From sequence record SRR20825010_1: 49,215 nt of DNA. One strand, given 5' to 3'. The notes under the pieces are model-generated. The model saw only the letters and a list, made by a program, of their open reading frames with translations, searched no databases and was not told the DNA's origin. Below, piece after piece: positions 27,049 through 36,135 of this stretch. Within the stretch, counting starts at the first letter, position 1. Every line of letters begins with the position of its first letter. The position numbers and the translations under genes were made by a program.

Positions 27049-28617
27049 TCACTCGACGATCGATTTGAGCAACGCTTGCATCTCTTTCCGTTTCGCGGCT
27101 TCTTGTTCGTATAGGTTCACCGCTTCCATCGGGTCTTGCTTCAGGTTGTAAAGCTGGCCCGGGTAGTCGGTTTCAGCAACCTTTTTCGCGTAGGGTTGGA
27201 GCACTCGGTCGTTGTAATTGTTGCCTCCCGATCCGGTGTGATCCAAGTACTTCCAGTCACCGACTCGAAGTTGAAATTCACCGCGAAAACTTTGGGTGAT
27301 CATGTGAGGGCGAATGGACTCGCCCGCGGGGACTTGTCCTAGAAGCTCGGGAAGCATGTTTAAACTGTCCAGAGCAACGTTCTGGGGCAGATCCACTTTT
27401 GCGACTGCCGCCAGGGTTTTGTAGATGTCGGTCGTGTTGATCAATTGATCCGAAACGCGACCGGGTGATATCTGGCCGGGCCATTTCATCATCATGGGAA
27501 CACGGTGGCCGCCTTCCCATCCATCACGTTTCATCCCACGCCATCCACCGGCGGCGTCATGCTTGTGGTCCTCACGCATCCACACGGTGTGCATGGTTTC
27601 GGGACCGTTGTCGGAGTTGAAGATGACCAGCGTGTTGTCGTCGACGCCGAGTTCCTTCAAGTAATCGAGCAAGTCCCCGGTGAGCGAATCGAGTTCGCGA
27701 ACAAAATCGCCTCGGGCACCGGCCTGCGTGGACTTTGAGTATTGATCGGCGGGAAGCACGGGGGCGTGTGCGATTTGGGTGGAGACAATGGCGAAGAAAG
27801 GTTGCTCAGGTGACTTGTTGACGTGAGCACCAAGAAATTCTCGCGTCTTCTGAAAAAAGAGAACGTCCGCTTCGACGAACTCGTAGCCGGGGGCTTTCCA
27901 TCCCTCGTCGTTGTCCCATCGCCATTTGCCGCCGGGGTTAGGAAGCGTGTCGCTCTTGTGTCGTTGATTGGCCGGGACGGGGACCATGCCGTTTTCGATA
28001 TACAGATACAACGGGTCCGTTGTGGGGCAGTTGGGAGTCACGAATGATTCGTCAAAGCCTTGGTTGTTGGGGCCATCGATCAGCGGCGTGCTTCGTTCGT
28101 AATCAATTTCTGTGACATCTTTGAAACCACCTCGAAGTTGTTTTCCGTCGCTGTCGTACCACGTCAGCCCGAGGTGCCATTTGCCAAAAATGGCTGTTTT
28201 GTAACCGGCCTGCTGAAGCATTTCCGCGATCGATAAGTCATCCGGTCGCAGGTAGCTCGGCCCACTGGCTCCTTCGAACGCCGTCGTTCGCCGTCCGGTT
28301 CGGAAAACACACTGACCGCTCATCAATCCGTAGCGTGACGGGGAGCAAATGGTCGAGGGGCTATGGGCATCGGTGAATCGAATGCCTTCGGCCGCTAATT
28401 GATCCAAGCGGGGTGTTTGGTAAGCACACTTTTCGTTGTACGAGGACAGGTCTCCGTATCCGAGGTCATCGGCATAGATGATCAGAATATTGGGTTGCTT
28501 GTCCGCCGTGACGGTCTGGCTGGTGAGCACCAAAGACAGGCAGGTCATCATTGCAGCGAGGACCGTGATGCGGGATCGCATGACGACGGAGGCACACAGG
28601 CAACGTGTGGAAGGCAT
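27049..28617 (-). CDS. Sulfatase (formylglycine-dependent, arylsulfatase A-like)
   Basis: PNILIIYADDLGYGD, CSPSR (CxPxR), GKWHLG, SDNG, EGGHRVP, QLYNLKQDP; signal peptide. Confidence 0.95.
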   Translation of the reverse strand: MPSTRCLCASVVMRSRITVLAAMMTCLSLVLTSQTVTADKQPNILIIYADDLGYGDLSSYNEKCAYQTPRLDQLAAEGIRFTDAHSPSTICSPSRYGLMSGQCVFRTGRRTTAFEGASGPSYLRPDDLSIAEMLQQAGYKTAIFGKWHLGLTWYDSDGKQLRGGFKDVTEIDYERSTPLIDGPNNQGFDESFVTPNCPTTDPLYLYIENGMVPVPANQRHKSDTLPNPGGKWRWDNDEGWKAPGYEFVEADVLFFQKTREFLGAHVNKSPEQPFFAIVSTQIAHAPVLPADQYSKSTQAGARGDFVRELDSLTGDLLDYLKELGVDDNTLVIFNSDNGPETMHTVWMREDHKHDAAGGWRGMKRDGWEGGHRVPMMMKWPGQISPGRVSDQLINTTDIYKTLAAVAKVDLPQNVALDSLNMLPELLGQVPAGESIRPHMITQSFRGEFQLRVGDWKYLDHTGSGGNNYNDRVLQPYAKKVAETDYPGQLYNLKQDPMEAVNLYEQEAAKRKEMQALLKSIVE

Positions 28618-28751
28618 GTTTCAAATCCTCGAGTGGTTTGTCATTGTTGCTGGATCATTCAGCAGAACGCTCGCGGCATGGGGGCCGGCATTAGCAGGCA
28701 ATCCTAGCGACCAGGGTTGAAACTCCGAACCAGTCGATTGAGGCAGGGCCC

Positions 28752-28776
28752 AAAAAAACGGCGGCCTCCGGCCGCC
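28752..28776 (-). terminator. Intrinsic terminator after the sialidase-family gene
   Basis: Minus strand GGCGGCC-GGA-GGCCGCC-G-TTTTTTT. Confidence 0.75.
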
Positions 28777-28852
28777 ATGTCGCAAATCGTTTCTGAAATC
28801 CAGTGGGTTACGCCACACATGGAATCGTGTGCGGCGTGACTGGCCCGCGGAT

Positions 28853-29995
28853 TTATTCGTCAGACGCGTCGCTGATCACCTGCCGCAATTTCACTGAGTC
28901 CGTGATCGCTTTCCCTGCCGCAACATCTTCTTCGCGAAAGCTGGCTAAGAGGATGTGCTGGTCTTTGGTGCGGTTGTAGTCATAAATGATGTGGATGACG
29001 CCGTCCGCATCTTGTTGACCATCAGGGTAGGAGACGCCCGCACGTTCATCGAGCATCAGTCCGCCTTTCCAGGTCTTGCCATCGTCGATCGATACGAAAG
29101 CCATGAGATGAGAACGAAGCGTTCTTTCCTCGATCGGGCCGTGTTTGACCAGCAGGAGATTTCCCGAAGCAAGTCGGCGGATAAAAAAGCGTGCACTGGG
29201 GTGAGCAATTTTTGATGGTGTTAGTTCAGGCCAGGTTTTTCCTCGATCGGTGGAGACGCTCTCGCCGATTCCGTATTTCGTCCGAGCAAGCAGCCAAATC
29301 GATCCGTCATTTCGCTCGACAAACATGTGCTCGTCGAAGGCGCGAACGTCTTTGGGGACATTGCAGCCACCGCGTTGCGCCCAGGTCTTGCCTTGGTCAA
29401 CCGAGACGATCATGCGGGCACTTTCATCGGTCTCACGCCAAGTCGAAGCGGGTAATGCCCATTCGCCAGTCGAGAGAACGAGTGGTTTGCACATCATGAT
29501 TCCATCGGTGACGCGTTTCGCTTCGCCGTGAACTGGTTGCTCCACATCAGGATCTTCGATCTCCAGAAACCAAACTCCCGCAATCGTTCCCAAATGGCCG
29601 ACGGCCTGTGCCCAGATCAGCCTCAACTTTCCGTCAGGAGCAATCCACAGCTCAGGATCGTAGGCGCGGACCGGACCGTTTTCGTCTGGATCAACAACGA
29701 GGACTTCCTCCCAGGTCTCTCCGCCATTGCCACTGGTGCTGAGAACGACGTAGTTGTTGGCGTCCTCCCGTGGGGTTTTGCCTGCATACCAGGTTGCCCA
29801 AAGTCGGCCACCGCGTGAGACGGCAAGGCTGGGGATTCCCGTGAAGGCTCGGTTCGTTACCGCGTGAACCGTTTGAGGTGGACCGACGTATTTTGGCGGC
29901 GCCAGGAATGAGGAATCTTGAGCTTGAAGGACACCAAGCGTTGAGAGGATGAAACAGACCGCAAGTGGGATGGTTCGGTTCATGAGGTGGGACAT
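28853..29995 (-). CDS. Sialidase-family / BNR (Asp-box) beta-propeller protein
   Basis: Asp boxes SGNGGETW, SVDQGKTW, STDRGKTW, SIDDGKTW; SYPD and YDYNR near the end; signal peptide from MSHLMNRT. Confidence 0.85.
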   Translation of the reverse strand: MSHLMNRTIPLAVCFILSTLGVLQAQDSSFLAPPKYVGPPQTVHAVTNRAFTGIPSLAVSRGGRLWATWYAGKTPREDANNYVVLSTSGNGGETWEEVLVVDPDENGPVRAYDPELWIAPDGKLRLIWAQAVGHLGTIAGVWFLEIEDPDVEQPVHGEAKRVTDGIMMCKPLVLSTGEWALPASTWRETDESARMIVSVDQGKTWAQRGGCNVPKDVRAFDEHMFVERNDGSIWLLARTKYGIGESVSTDRGKTWPELTPSKIAHPSARFFIRRLASGNLLLVKHGPIEERTLRSHLMAFVSIDDGKTWKGGLMLDERAGVSYPDGQQDADGVIHIIYDYNRTKDQHILLASFREEDVAAGKAITDSVKLRQVISDASDE

Positions 29996-30301
29996 TGTTA
30001 AGGCGGGATTTGGGGGGCGAGAAGTCGCGTCAAAATTGATCTTCGCGGCGTCCGGTCTGCTGTGTTTGGTGAATCGAACAACCGCGGAGCGGTGACAGTT
30101 GTCAGCCTCGGGTTTTCGACCCGATGTCTCGGTTGAGAACCCCTCGCTCAACAAGCCGCGGGGCGGCGGCAGGTGACGAGCGATGAGGTGGGGGATCGAT
30201 TGAAAGAGTGAAGTTGTAAATTGTCAAATCTGGCGATTGAGGCGACGGTTGGAAGATGGCTGGCACCATATACCCGGGCACCATGTGGCCATGCTGATTG
30301 C

Positions 30302-30335
30302 AAAAAAAAACACGGCGGCCAAGTGGCCGCCGTGT
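30302..30335 (-). terminator. Intrinsic terminator after the doxX-oxidoreductase pair
   Basis: Minus strand ACACGGCGGCC-ACTT-GGCCGCCGTG followed by T9. Confidence 0.88.
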
Positions 30336-30362
30336 CGTTTGTCATTTTTAGAATCGTGGCAA

Positions 30363-32204
30363 CTATGCCACAGGTTTCTTCATGAACTCGGTTTCCGCAG
30401 CGATGTCGCTGTCGTCCGGAGTCGCATCGTTGTCGATGTCGAACCATTCTTCTTTGAACTGCAGGTAACCGCTTTCACCCTTGGCTGAACGCTTCAGAGC
30501 CACGTTGGTTCCAAGCGCGATGACCGCGTCACCCATGGCGACTTCGGGGTAGCAGCGAGGTTTGTTTTCGCCGTCCGGGTTGCGAATGCAGTAGGCCCAG
30601 TGCTCGATCTCTTCGCGGTACCCGCGACTGACTGGGCCACTCGAAGCGGCTTGGGCAACCGGAGCGGCGTAATCGCCACTGGCGGATGTGTCCAAGGCGA
30701 AGCCAGCGTCCTTCTTCACAACGCCAGCTTTGCTGCTGGTGTCGCTGTTGCGGTACAAGTAAACGTCGGTTTCCTTGTCCAGGATCAGCGTTCCCTTTGT
30801 GCCCATGACGACTTCGCCCCAGCCACCGAAACCGTTGCCGTTGATCGACGAGTAGGTCACGACGACCTTCTTGTTCGGATCGGTTTCGTAGCCAGCAACA
30901 GGTCCGTTTCCGGGGCTTTCCGGGTTGGGATAACGCTCGACACGGTCGTAGTAACCGACATCGAAAGTGCTGCTGTATTCTGGCCCAGGGAACTCGAACA
31001 TGCAGTAGACGTGGTCGCCGACTTCACGATCCAGTGGCATGATGTGGCGTCCGCCAACGGCGTGGACGCTCAGTGGGTGAACTTTTTTCTTGTCGTCACG
31101 CAACGAGCTGAGGAAAATGCTGACAGCATCCAGTTGGTGGCTGCCCAATTCTGCCATCAGGCCAGCGCCGGTGCGATCGAACAATCGCCAGCGGTGGAGT
31201 TCTTCCATCGCACTGAAGGTTTTGTCGCCGAGCGAGAAGTTTTCGTAGCCAAACTCCTTCGGGTCGACGCTTTTGTCGGCATCCCAAGCGGTCCACTGAT
31301 CGATCTCCATTTTCAAACGAATCATTTCGTCTGGGTCAGTGGTCTCGTTCAGCTTCTTCTTGCGGTATTCGATGTCCTTTGCGATCCGATCAAAGTTCTT
31401 TCCGTTGACCATTTCGCCACCGGGGATCGGCATCGACCAGCTATCTGCGCCGGGCACGTTGCTGCGGTGCCACTGGGCACGGATGTGGTGCAGTTGGCCC
31501 AACAAACCCCAACGGATCAGGTTGATCGCGTCTTGATACTTGACGTTGTAGTGACGTTGGTGACCGGTCGCCAAGTGAATCGGATTACCGTTCTTGTCTT
31601 CCATGCTGCCGGCCATTCGCGACATGACTTTGCACTGAGCCACGTTGTGGGCCATCAGTTTTTCGGTCAGCACGTGAAGGCCACGTTCCATCGCTTGAGC
31701 GGCGACGGGAGCGTGCAACCAAAGTGGCAAGGCAATGATCACCGCTTCGATATCGGGATCGTCCAGGCACGCCATGATGCCGCCGTTGGATCCGTCATAG
31801 ACTTTGACGTTCTTGCGAGCTTCCGCTTCGTCTTTGTAACCAGCAACGCTGATCAAACCCGGACGGCGTTTCAGAGCCGATGAGGACGACCAGTCACCGT
31901 GAAACGCACGGAATTGGCTGAATGGACGAATGTCGCAGATTGCTTTGACGTCCACGTACTCGGGGTTGCAGCCACCAATCAGCACATTGCCTTCGTCGCC
32001 GGTGCCGATGACCGCAACGCGGACCGGGTCGGTGACTTTGCTGTATCCGAAGTAAGCCGCACCCAGGCCGGCGCCACTGACGGCTCCGGTGGCGACGATC
32101 CCGCGAAGGAAGTCACGACGATTGACGTCGTAGTAACTGCCGACGGCGGAATAATAATTGTGTGAGCCGACTTCTTTTTGATCGGCGTTGAGCTTGTCTA
32201 CCAT
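30363..32204 (-). CDS. Tat-exported Gfo/Idh/MocA family oxidoreductase
   Basis: RRDFLRG twin-arginine motif plus hydrophobic stretch, Rossmann VAVIGTGDEG, HVLTEKLMA, GLMAELGSHQLD. Confidence 0.9.
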   Translation of the reverse strand: MVDKLNADQKEVGSHNYYSAVGSYYDVNRRDFLRGIVATGAVSGAGLGAAYFGYSKVTDPVRVAVIGTGDEGNVLIGGCNPEYVDVKAICDIRPFSQFRAFHGDWSSSSALKRRPGLISVAGYKDEAEARKNVKVYDGSNGGIMACLDDPDIEAVIIALPLWLHAPVAAQAMERGLHVLTEKLMAHNVAQCKVMSRMAGSMEDKNGNPIHLATGHQRHYNVKYQDAINLIRWGLLGQLHHIRAQWHRSNVPGADSWSMPIPGGEMVNGKNFDRIAKDIEYRKKKLNETTDPDEMIRLKMEIDQWTAWDADKSVDPKEFGYENFSLGDKTFSAMEELHRWRLFDRTGAGLMAELGSHQLDAVSIFLSSLRDDKKKVHPLSVHAVGGRHIMPLDREVGDHVYCMFEFPGPEYSSTFDVGYYDRVERYPNPESPGNGPVAGYETDPNKKVVVTYSSINGNGFGGWGEVVMGTKGTLILDKETDVYLYRNSDTSSKAGVVKKDAGFALDTSASGDYAAPVAQAASSGPVSRGYREEIEHWAYCIRNPDGENKPRCYPEVAMGDAVIALGTNVALKRSAKGESGYLQFKEEWFDIDNDATPDDSDIAAETEFMKKPVA

Positions 32205-32220
32205 TTGCTAGGACTCCCGG

Positions 32221-33171
32221 TCACGCAGTTGCGGCGTCGTCGCCGTTGAATTTTCGAATAATGAGATGCAGAAAGAAATCGAGGCCGGCGAAACGACCAG
32301 CGCCCGTGGCGGCAAGCACCAGGCACGCCATGCACTCGATCAGCTGGTAATTGCTGGATGTCGGCCCAGTCAAAGGTGGGTACTGACTCAAGAATACAGA
32401 ACCGAGAAAACCGGCTGCTGCTAACGCGGCAACGGGTGTGAACAGTCCAAGCAGTAGGCACCAACCCACCAGCATGTCGAAGTAAGGCACGATCGAATCA
32501 ATCACGCTGGTGTCCATCATTTGCAAGCGTGGTCGCACCAGTGGATACGCAAGATGACGGGCCTGTTGTTCCGCCGTCGCGACTTTGTTTTGAGCGGTTT
32601 CGTAATTTTCCCAGATCGCGTCGATTTGGCTGAATACGGGGTCGATCTTCTGGGACAGCTCTTTTCGGACGCTTTCGCGTTGTCCGCTCAGTGAGCTGAC
32701 TCCCGAAGCGACCGCATCGCCATCCAGTTCCTCGATCCGGCCGAGGCCAAGCTGGAACTCCTGGATTTCGTTTGCGTTGAGCTCAAGCACCATGGCCAGT
32801 TGCTTGGCGGCGATGCTGTAGTTGTTGTGAGCTTCGATCTTCTGCTTGTCATCAAATCCGTAGTGCTCGGAGATTTGATCGCGGTAGTAAGCCCAGGTGA
32901 GATTGGTTTGGTCGACGTCCAGTCGCATCGTGCCGTCGTAATCCCACACCATTTGGCGGAAATGACCGGCAAATGGGCCGCGAGCGTTGGCGAAGAACGG
33001 CTTGGCGGACCAGTTTCCAGCCTGGTATTTATCGATACCTTCGCTGATGAAGTGCCAGCCGATAGTGAGACGAAGGAGGGTCAGCATGACCACCGCGATC
33101 GTTCCGAGCAGCCGGGGTGAGATTCCCCATCCGACAGCCAAACGCAAAGGGGAAAGCAGATACTTGGCCAC
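32221..33171 (-). CDS. DoxX/DoxD-family membrane protein with large soluble insertion
   Basis: LLRLTIGWHFISEGIDK at the N-terminus; VGWCLLLGLFTPVAA and GAGRFAGLD at the C-terminus. Confidence 0.85.
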   Translation of the reverse strand: MAKYLLSPLRLAVGWGISPRLLGTIAVVMLTLLRLTIGWHFISEGIDKYQAGNWSAKPFFANARGPFAGHFRQMVWDYDGTMRLDVDQTNLTWAYYRDQISEHYGFDDKQKIEAHNNYSIAAKQLAMVLELNANEIQEFQLGLGRIEELDGDAVASGVSSLSGQRESVRKELSQKIDPVFSQIDAIWENYETAQNKVATAEQQARHLAYPLVRPRLQMMDTSVIDSIVPYFDMLVGWCLLLGLFTPVAALAAAGFLGSVFLSQYPPLTGPTSSNYQLIECMACLVLAATGAGRFAGLDFFLHLIIRKFNGDDAATA

Positions 33172-33306
33172 CGAGAATGGGCTCCGTCGTGGGCAGGGAG
33201 GATGGAACGCCTAGGCGACAAAACGACCACCGACACGTGCCGCGATTGACACGCTCAAGGTTGGTTCAGCTCACGCCAAGGGACGTCCAGTGAAGGGGGA
33301 ACACTC

Positions 33307-33335
33307 ATTATGGCAGCCAAGTGACCATTCGCCAA
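33307..33335 (-). promoter_or_regulatory. Sigma70-type promoter for doxX
   Basis: Minus strand TTGGCG-N17-CATAAT with a TGn extended -10. Confidence 0.45.
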
Positions 33336-33843
33336 CCGAGTGTATACAGAATCACCCGAATCCTTCAGCGGTTGGAATCACATTCCTCTCTTGGATCTGA
33401 TTGTGGGGGTCGACAAAGTCGTTTGGATCAGAAACCCTTTGCCGGCGATGGGAAAGCACCAACTAGACGGCAGACCAACACGCGTGGCTCTGCAGCCCGG
33501 CGGTCAAACAGGGGCCAGGCGGCTAGCCAGAGATTGACCGGCGCGGAAAATATCGCGTGCTGGAGTTGCCGGAACGCCTCGGCTCTCAGTCGCTCTTTCT
33601 GACGTGCTCGACATGATCTGTTTGGCAGTGGATCTGTCGGCGATTGAGGCGAGTCTCGGTTTCGGTGGAACAGGTGACGGCGAAAATGCGGTCTTCCCGC
33701 CAGTGACCTGTCAACTTCCGCGGTTTGCTGCTTCGTGCCACGATCGTTGTCCATCGTTTGCCTGTCGATTCGTTTGCGTGTCTATTCGTTCATTTGGCAA
33801 CTCCTCAACTACCTGACAACTTCTCAACCCAGGAATCTCTCCC

Positions 33844-34272
33844 TTGTCCATCCGAATCATGCGTCGCTTTACGTTCTGCGCTGGGCACCGATTGGTCGGC
33901 CACGAAGGGAAATGCCAAAACCTGCATGGGCACAATTATGTGCTGGAGGTCTACGTGACCGGAGAAGAGCAGGATGCGATCGGACGGATCCTCGACTTCA
34001 AGCAGCTCAAAACTCGCTGTAAGAACTGGATCGACGAGAACTGGGACCACACGTTTGTATTGTGGGAAAAGGATCAGAACGGATTAGATGCGATCCGCAG
34101 TTCAGAGCCTCACCGGATCTACGAGCTGGAAAGCAATCCGACCGCGGAGAACATGGCCAAGCACTTCCTGGAAAAGATCTGCCCTTCGATTCTAGGCGAT
34201 TCCGGAGCGACCGCTTACAAGGTTCGCCTTTGGGAAAGCGAAGAGACTTATGCGGAAGTCGAGTTGGACTGA
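33844..34272 (+). CDS. queD: 6-carboxy-5,6,7,8-tetrahydropterin synthase (QueD/PTPS family)
   Basis: FTFCAGHRL, KCQNLHGHNY, ILDFKQLK, NPTAENMA, VRLWESE; TTG start with AGGA upstream. Confidence 0.88.
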   Translation: MSIRIMRRFTFCAGHRLVGHEGKCQNLHGHNYVLEVYVTGEEQDAIGRILDFKQLKTRCKNWIDENWDHTFVLWEKDQNGLDAIRSSEPHRIYELESNPTAENMAKHFLEKICPSILGDSGATAYKVRLWESEETYAEVELD

Positions 34273-34865
34273 ACCAATCGCAGCAATTGCGGAATGAACA
34301 AACGCAGTGCTCGTGAGCGATGGCTGAGAGCTCGCTTCACGGTCAGGTTCAGCTCGCCAAATGTTTTGTGATATTCGGGGATCACAAACAGCGGGTCGTA
34401 TCCAAATCCTGCACCGCCGCTTCGTTCCGTCGCGATTCGACCGCGACAAATACCGGACTCGGCGAGTCGGACGTTGCCGTCGGGATCAGACAGACAAAGG
34501 TGGCAATTGAACTGTGCGCCGCGGCGATCCATTGGCACGTCCGACAGTTCACGCAGAAGTTTCTCATTGTTCGCTTCGTCGTCGCCATGTGTTCCGGCAT
34601 ACCGAGCGGAGTAAACGCCCGGGGCGCCTTTCAACGCATCGACGGACAGTCCGCTGTCTTCGGCCAAGACCCAGCGTCCAAGATGCTTGGCTTGTTCGGT
34701 CGCCTTCTTCGCAGCGTTCGCGGAAAACGTTTCGCCGTCTTCGACCACGTCGATCGCGTCTTCTATTTCCGACAACGCGGTCAGGGCGATTGTTTCTTCG
34801 GGCAACATCATCCGAAGCTCAACGAGCTTCTTTGCGTTGCCGGTTCCGAGAACGAGATCAAACAT
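34248..34865 (-). CDS. rdgB: Non-canonical purine NTP pyrophosphatase (RdgB/HAM1)
   Basis: GTGNAKKLVE, EDGETFSANAAKKA, EDSGLSVDALKGAPGVYSARYAG, GFGYDPLF, SHRSRA. Confidence 0.95.
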   Translation of the reverse strand: MFDLVLGTGNAKKLVELRMMLPEETIALTALSEIEDAIDVVEDGETFSANAAKKATEQAKHLGRWVLAEDSGLSVDALKGAPGVYSARYAGTHGDDEANNEKLLRELSDVPMDRRGAQFNCHLCLSDPDGNVRLAESGICRGRIATERSGGAGFGYDPLFVIPEYHKTFGELNLTVKRALSHRSRALRLFIPQLLRLVQSNSTSA

Positions 34866-34870
34866 TCGAT

Positions 34871-36061
34871 TCAGCGTCCAACTGCCGCGCTGTAGAAGCT
34901 GCGTTTGCTAGCCTTCGGAATGCGAATCGGTGTCGGCTGAACATCGAAAGGGATGTTTTCGATGTGTTTAGCCGCCAGACCGTCGTTGGTCTTGCTTTTA
35001 ACTTGATTCGCGATGCTCGGATCGACATTGAATGCCCGGTAGTTTGACATGATCGCTTGAATCTCTGGTGCGTATTCAAATCCGCCATCGGGCAGATCGT
35101 AGCCCAGCGTTTCGAAGCTGCCGATGGTCACAATCGATCGAGTGCGATCGTGGTACTGGTAGGCTTCTTGGCCTTCTTTTCGAAGTGCGACCACCATTTT
35201 ATTGGCGTCCATCGCCATGCGGTCCAGGCGATTGATGTTCGGTTGGAAGTTCTTTTCCTTCTTGCCGTCAACGATGGTCTTGTAGCCCTCGAAGGTGCGA
35301 ACGACGACGGTGAATTTTCCTTCGCACTCCAGCAAATTGAATTGCTTGTCTTCGTTTAGTTTGCGAACAAACGAATCAACTTCGGGTGCGTGCGAGAAGT
35401 CATCGGGCAGCATCGGATTGCGGGTCAGGAATGCACTGCCCATTTCACCGCGATCTTTGTCGCCGCTGCGGCTGACGAATTGACGGTGCAACGCTTTGAC
35501 CGCTGTAACTGGATTTCGGAAGTCTGTTTCGGCTTCCATCTCTTTCTTGTCACCAAAGACAGGCAGCTTTGCCGACTTGATGCGTTTCAGGTCTTCTGCG
35601 ATTTGCGGGTGTTCTGCGTGATCGTATTCGCCGACCAGAACCGCGTGAGCGTCATACTGAATGCTGTTCGCGTATCGCATTCGGCGATGGTTGGGACGAG
35701 TGGCTCCACCGGCAACTTGGATGGTTGAGGTTGGGGTTTCCACCTCGCCCGAGAAGTCGAAGTTCTCTTCGTAGACATACGAAGGCAAGTTGAGTTCTTG
35801 GCGGATTTCGAGTGCCAATCGTTCGGCTCGTTCCTTTGATCCCGCACCGACAAAGGTGTGAGCCAGGATCAACCAAGGCCCATCCTCTTGAGTCAGTTCA
35901 TAGGTCTTGGTCGTATCGACTTCGACTTTGTTGCCGCGTTTGAACATCCGCAGAAACGGAGAAGTTTGTGCGGCTGCGGGCGAAGGCGAAACGAGGCCGG
36001 AGGCGACTACGGCGAGGATTGCGATCAATCCGAGGCGAAGCGAACTGTTCATCGGAACCAA
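34871..36061 (-). CDS. Secreted hypothetical protein with two SPOR-like modules
   Basis: Signal peptide ending AAA-Q; two similar blocks (WLILAHTF..AERLALEIR..VLVGEY and FTVVVRTF..ANKMVVALR..VTIGSF); stop is 5 nt before rdgB. Confidence 0.6.
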   Translation of the reverse strand: MVPMNSSLRLGLIAILAVVASGLVSPSPAAAQTSPFLRMFKRGNKVEVDTTKTYELTQEDGPWLILAHTFVGAGSKERAERLALEIRQELNLPSYVYEENFDFSGEVETPTSTIQVAGGATRPNHRRMRYANSIQYDAHAVLVGEYDHAEHPQIAEDLKRIKSAKLPVFGDKKEMEAETDFRNPVTAVKALHRQFVSRSGDKDRGEMGSAFLTRNPMLPDDFSHAPEVDSFVRKLNEDKQFNLLECEGKFTVVVRTFEGYKTIVDGKKEKNFQPNINRLDRMAMDANKMVVALRKEGQEAYQYHDRTRSIVTIGSFETLGYDLPDGGFEYAPEIQAIMSNYRAFNVDPSIANQVKSKTNDGLAAKHIENIPFDVQPTPIRIPKASKRSFYSAAVGR

Positions 36062-36135
36062 ATCCTGAATCGAAACGATGCGAGCGAGTTGTTTGACTCG
36101 TCATTAGCAGATTCGGTGGATTCGCAGCAAGAGTG

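Noticed and set aside
30600-31883. 427-aa plus-strand ORF (likewise 1618-3027 minus and 46366-47325 plus)
   Set aside because: Shadow frames opposite well-supported genes.
33172-33843. preQ1 riboswitch or small gene upstream of queD
   Set aside because: No preQ1 stem-loop with A-rich tail seen; the short ORFs here look non-coding.
1-34272. queA and queD as a queuosine cluster
   Set aside because: They are 33 kb apart with unrelated genes between; no evidence of linkage.
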